Shown: in pieces, positions 62,571 through 64,000 of the stretch
How the letters are laid out: each line of letters starts with the position of its first letter
Position numbering within the stretch: position 1 is the stretch's first letter
Assembly (NCBI GenBank): GCA_964592125.1
Contig: CAZQBV010000003.1
Coordinates: 1,605 to 65,604, forward strand
Reading direction: 5' to 3'
Length of the DNA stretch: 64,000 nucleotides
Origin: an uncultured Christensenella sp.
GTDB lineage: Bacteria; Bacillota; Clostridia; Christensenellales; Christensenellaceae
Notes under the pieces: model-generated
What the model saw: only the letters and a program-made list of their open reading frames with translations
Databases searched by the model: none
What the model was told of the DNA's origin: nothing
Made by a program: the position numbers and the translations under genes

Positions 62571-63353
62571 TTGAGCATTGCAGATATTCAAACAAGAATA
62601 AGCCAATTTCAAAGAGATCCCCTGTCTATAACGCAAGCATCGCAGAGCCCTTCAAAAATGTTTGATGCAATTTTGCAGGAAAAATTAGGAGCGTTTCAGA
62701 TGCCTGAAAGCACCTCGGATACTGTAACTCCTGCTGCAGCCAGTTTATTGGATCAGGAAAGTGTAACTGCTAAGGAAATCTTTTTAGAAAATACGATAAA
62801 TGGGAGCACACCAGTGCTTAGCAACAATTTTGCTACACAAGCCTATAACAGCAGTATGAATATTGCAGAAACAATGGCACAAGGGGCTGCTTCTATAGGT
62901 GGAATGCCCACGAATACAGGCTTAACTGAAAGAGACCTGACAAAAGCAGCACCTTATATGCAGTATGTAAATGAGGCATCACAGCGCTATGGGATGCCGG
63001 TCAACCTAATTTTGGGCATAATGAAGTCGGAATCCGATTTTAACAACGAATGTGTTTCCTATGCTGGTGCAAAAGGGTTAATGCAATTGATGCCAGAAAC
63101 TGCTGCAGAAGTTGGGGTTACCGATGAGTTTGATCCTCGGCAAAATATTCTGGGTAGTGTAGAATACGTTACTAAGTTAATCAATAAATACAATGGCGAT
63201 GTAAGGCTGGCATTGGCTGCTTACAACACAGGCCCCGGCAAAATTGCGCGTAGGGGAGTTACCAGTAGCACTAGTCCTGAATATCTTACAGTGCCCCAGT
63301 CGATAAGGGATTATGCAGATAGGGTGCTTAGATACGCAGGATACCAGAATTAA
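62571..63353 (+). CDS. SLT-domain lytic transglycosylase with an unstructured N-terminal half
   Basis: GIMKSESDFNNECVSYAGAKGLMQLMPETA ... AAYNTGPG. TTG start after GAGGAGGAG. Confidence 0.8.
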   Translation: MSIADIQTRISQFQRDPLSITQASQSPSKMFDAILQEKLGAFQMPESTSDTVTPAAASLLDQESVTAKEIFLENTINGSTPVLSNNFATQAYNSSMNIAETMAQGAASIGGMPTNTGLTERDLTKAAPYMQYVNEASQRYGMPVNLILGIMKSESDFNNECVSYAGAKGLMQLMPETAAEVGVTDEFDPRQNILGSVEYVTKLINKYNGDVRLALAAYNTGPGKIARRGVTSSTSPEYLTVPQSIRDYADRVLRYAGYQN

Positions 63354-63578
63354 AAGGCGTTCATGCAAAGATTGCGATTTAGTAAACTATAGACTATGAA
63401 AAATAAATATTTTTCTAATTGGTTGACTTTATTTTATATAAATAGTAGGATGAAATTAGTTTTATGTTAGTCAAAAGCTTTTTGTGTTTAAAATTTTTGT
63501 GGGTGTTGATATAAATATCAATGAGTGCAAACTGTTTTCATATAAATTTTATACTGTTCAAGATAAGGAGTTTGGGGA

Positions 63579-64000
63579 ATGAAGAATCTAAAGATTGGTA
63601 CAAAACTGATTGCATCTTTTGTTATTATTGCCATTATTGCAAGTGCTTCAGGTGTTTTCGCGGTAATCATGTCAAAGAAGATGGATAAAGCCTATTCATC
63701 AGCCCTTGTAAATGAAGGTTTTTCGCAAGGCGATATGGGAATGGCATTAACACTGGTTACTGACGCTGGTGCAAACTTGCGTGATTTGGCATTTTTTGCC
63801 GATGATCCCGAGATGGTAAAACGCTCAAAAGAGCGTTTGGATGAAGGCAATGCAGCGTTTATAGAAAGTTTTGACAAAGTACAGGCGGTTGTATCTAAGG
63901 AAGACCAAAAGCAGCTGATTGAAAAGATAAATAAAGAATTGGCAGCATATGATACAGTTGTAGCAAAAATGATAGAATTTGTGGACAGTGGAGATGTTGA
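63579..64000 (+). CDS. methyl-accepting chemotaxis protein, N-terminal part (3' end outside the window)
   Basis: ATG at 63579 after AAGGAG. MKNLKIGTKLIASFVIIAIIASASGVFAV is followed by a helical sensor region, and the frame is open to the window end. This ORF is not in the supplied track. Confidence 0.75.
   Translation, partial: MKNLKIGTKLIASFVIIAIIASASGVFAVIMSKKMDKAYSSALVNEGFSQGDMGMALTLVTDAGANLRDLAFFADDPEMVKRSKERLDEGNAAFIESFDKVQAVVSKEDQKQLIEKINKELAAYDTVVAKMIEFVDSGDV

Noticed and set aside
63500-63530. Possible sigma-28 promoter (GTTGATAT) upstream of the MCP gene.
   Set aside because: The nearest TAAA lies only about 12-13 nt upstream, outside the 15-16 nt spacing seen at the other three sites. 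A TTGACT-N17-TAGGAT sigma-A-like site at about 63424-63452 is equally plausible, and neither is well supported.
1-64000. Mobile elements, prophage, defence islands, toxin-antitoxin pairs, and rRNA or tRNA genes.
   Set aside because: No transposase, integrase, recombinase, cas, restriction or abortive-infection-like ORF was recognised. I noticed no tRNA-like cloverleaf or rRNA-like stretch. The window is a contiguous motility locus with housekeeping genes on the left flank.

Overview
This window is almost entirely one large, plus-strand flagellar and chemotaxis regulon of Bacillus/Clostridium type, so the source is probably a Clostridia-class Bacillota. That call rests on gene content (fliY, cheC/cheD, cheV, flbD, yvyF, yviE-like, fliW-csrA, swrB-like), strong AGGAGG ribosome-binding sites and many GTG/TTG starts.

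Layout:
- The left flank holds housekeeping genes: a partial pfkA and cls.
- Next comes a small cyclic-dinucleotide signalling node: an HD-GYP gene, a degenerate EAL-HDOD gene and a ComFB-like gene.
- Then follow a tandem-repeat coiled-coil gene, a very large flagellin gene with a sigma-28-type promoter and a clean terminator, and a FliB-like flagellin lysine methylase gene.
- The structural genes follow in a non-canonical block order:
  - cheV
  - flgBC-fliE-fliOPQR-flhBA-flhFG-pilZ-fliA-fapA
  - rod genes-yvyF-flgMN
  - flgKL
  - yviE-fliW-csrA
  - cheCDYA
  - fliFGHIJ-ylxF-fliK-flgDE-flbD-motAB-fliL
  - fliM-fliY
  - cheB
  - fliD-fliS-fliT-like-DUF327-cheW-cheR
  - an SLT lytic transglycosylase
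  - the 5' part of an MCP gene

The most interesting non-canonical content:
1. The only minus-strand gene in the block encodes a stand-alone FlhB C-terminal-subdomain mimic. It is divergent from a 645-aa protein whose C-terminus resembles the FliK switch domain.
2. A self-contained gene upstream of fliD encodes a low-complexity N-terminus fused to a Cys/His papain-like domain.
3. The giant flagellin is paired with the FliB-like methylase.
4. The c-di-GMP-related genes (HD-GYP, degenerate EAL-HDOD, ComFB-like, PilZ) bracket the motility genes.

I saw no rRNA, tRNA, CRISPR array, transposase, integrase or recognisable defence system. All calls come from reading the translated ORFs and the DNA by eye. 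No database search, HMM or folding program was run, so family names are recognition-based and all promoter, terminator and RNA calls are hypotheses.
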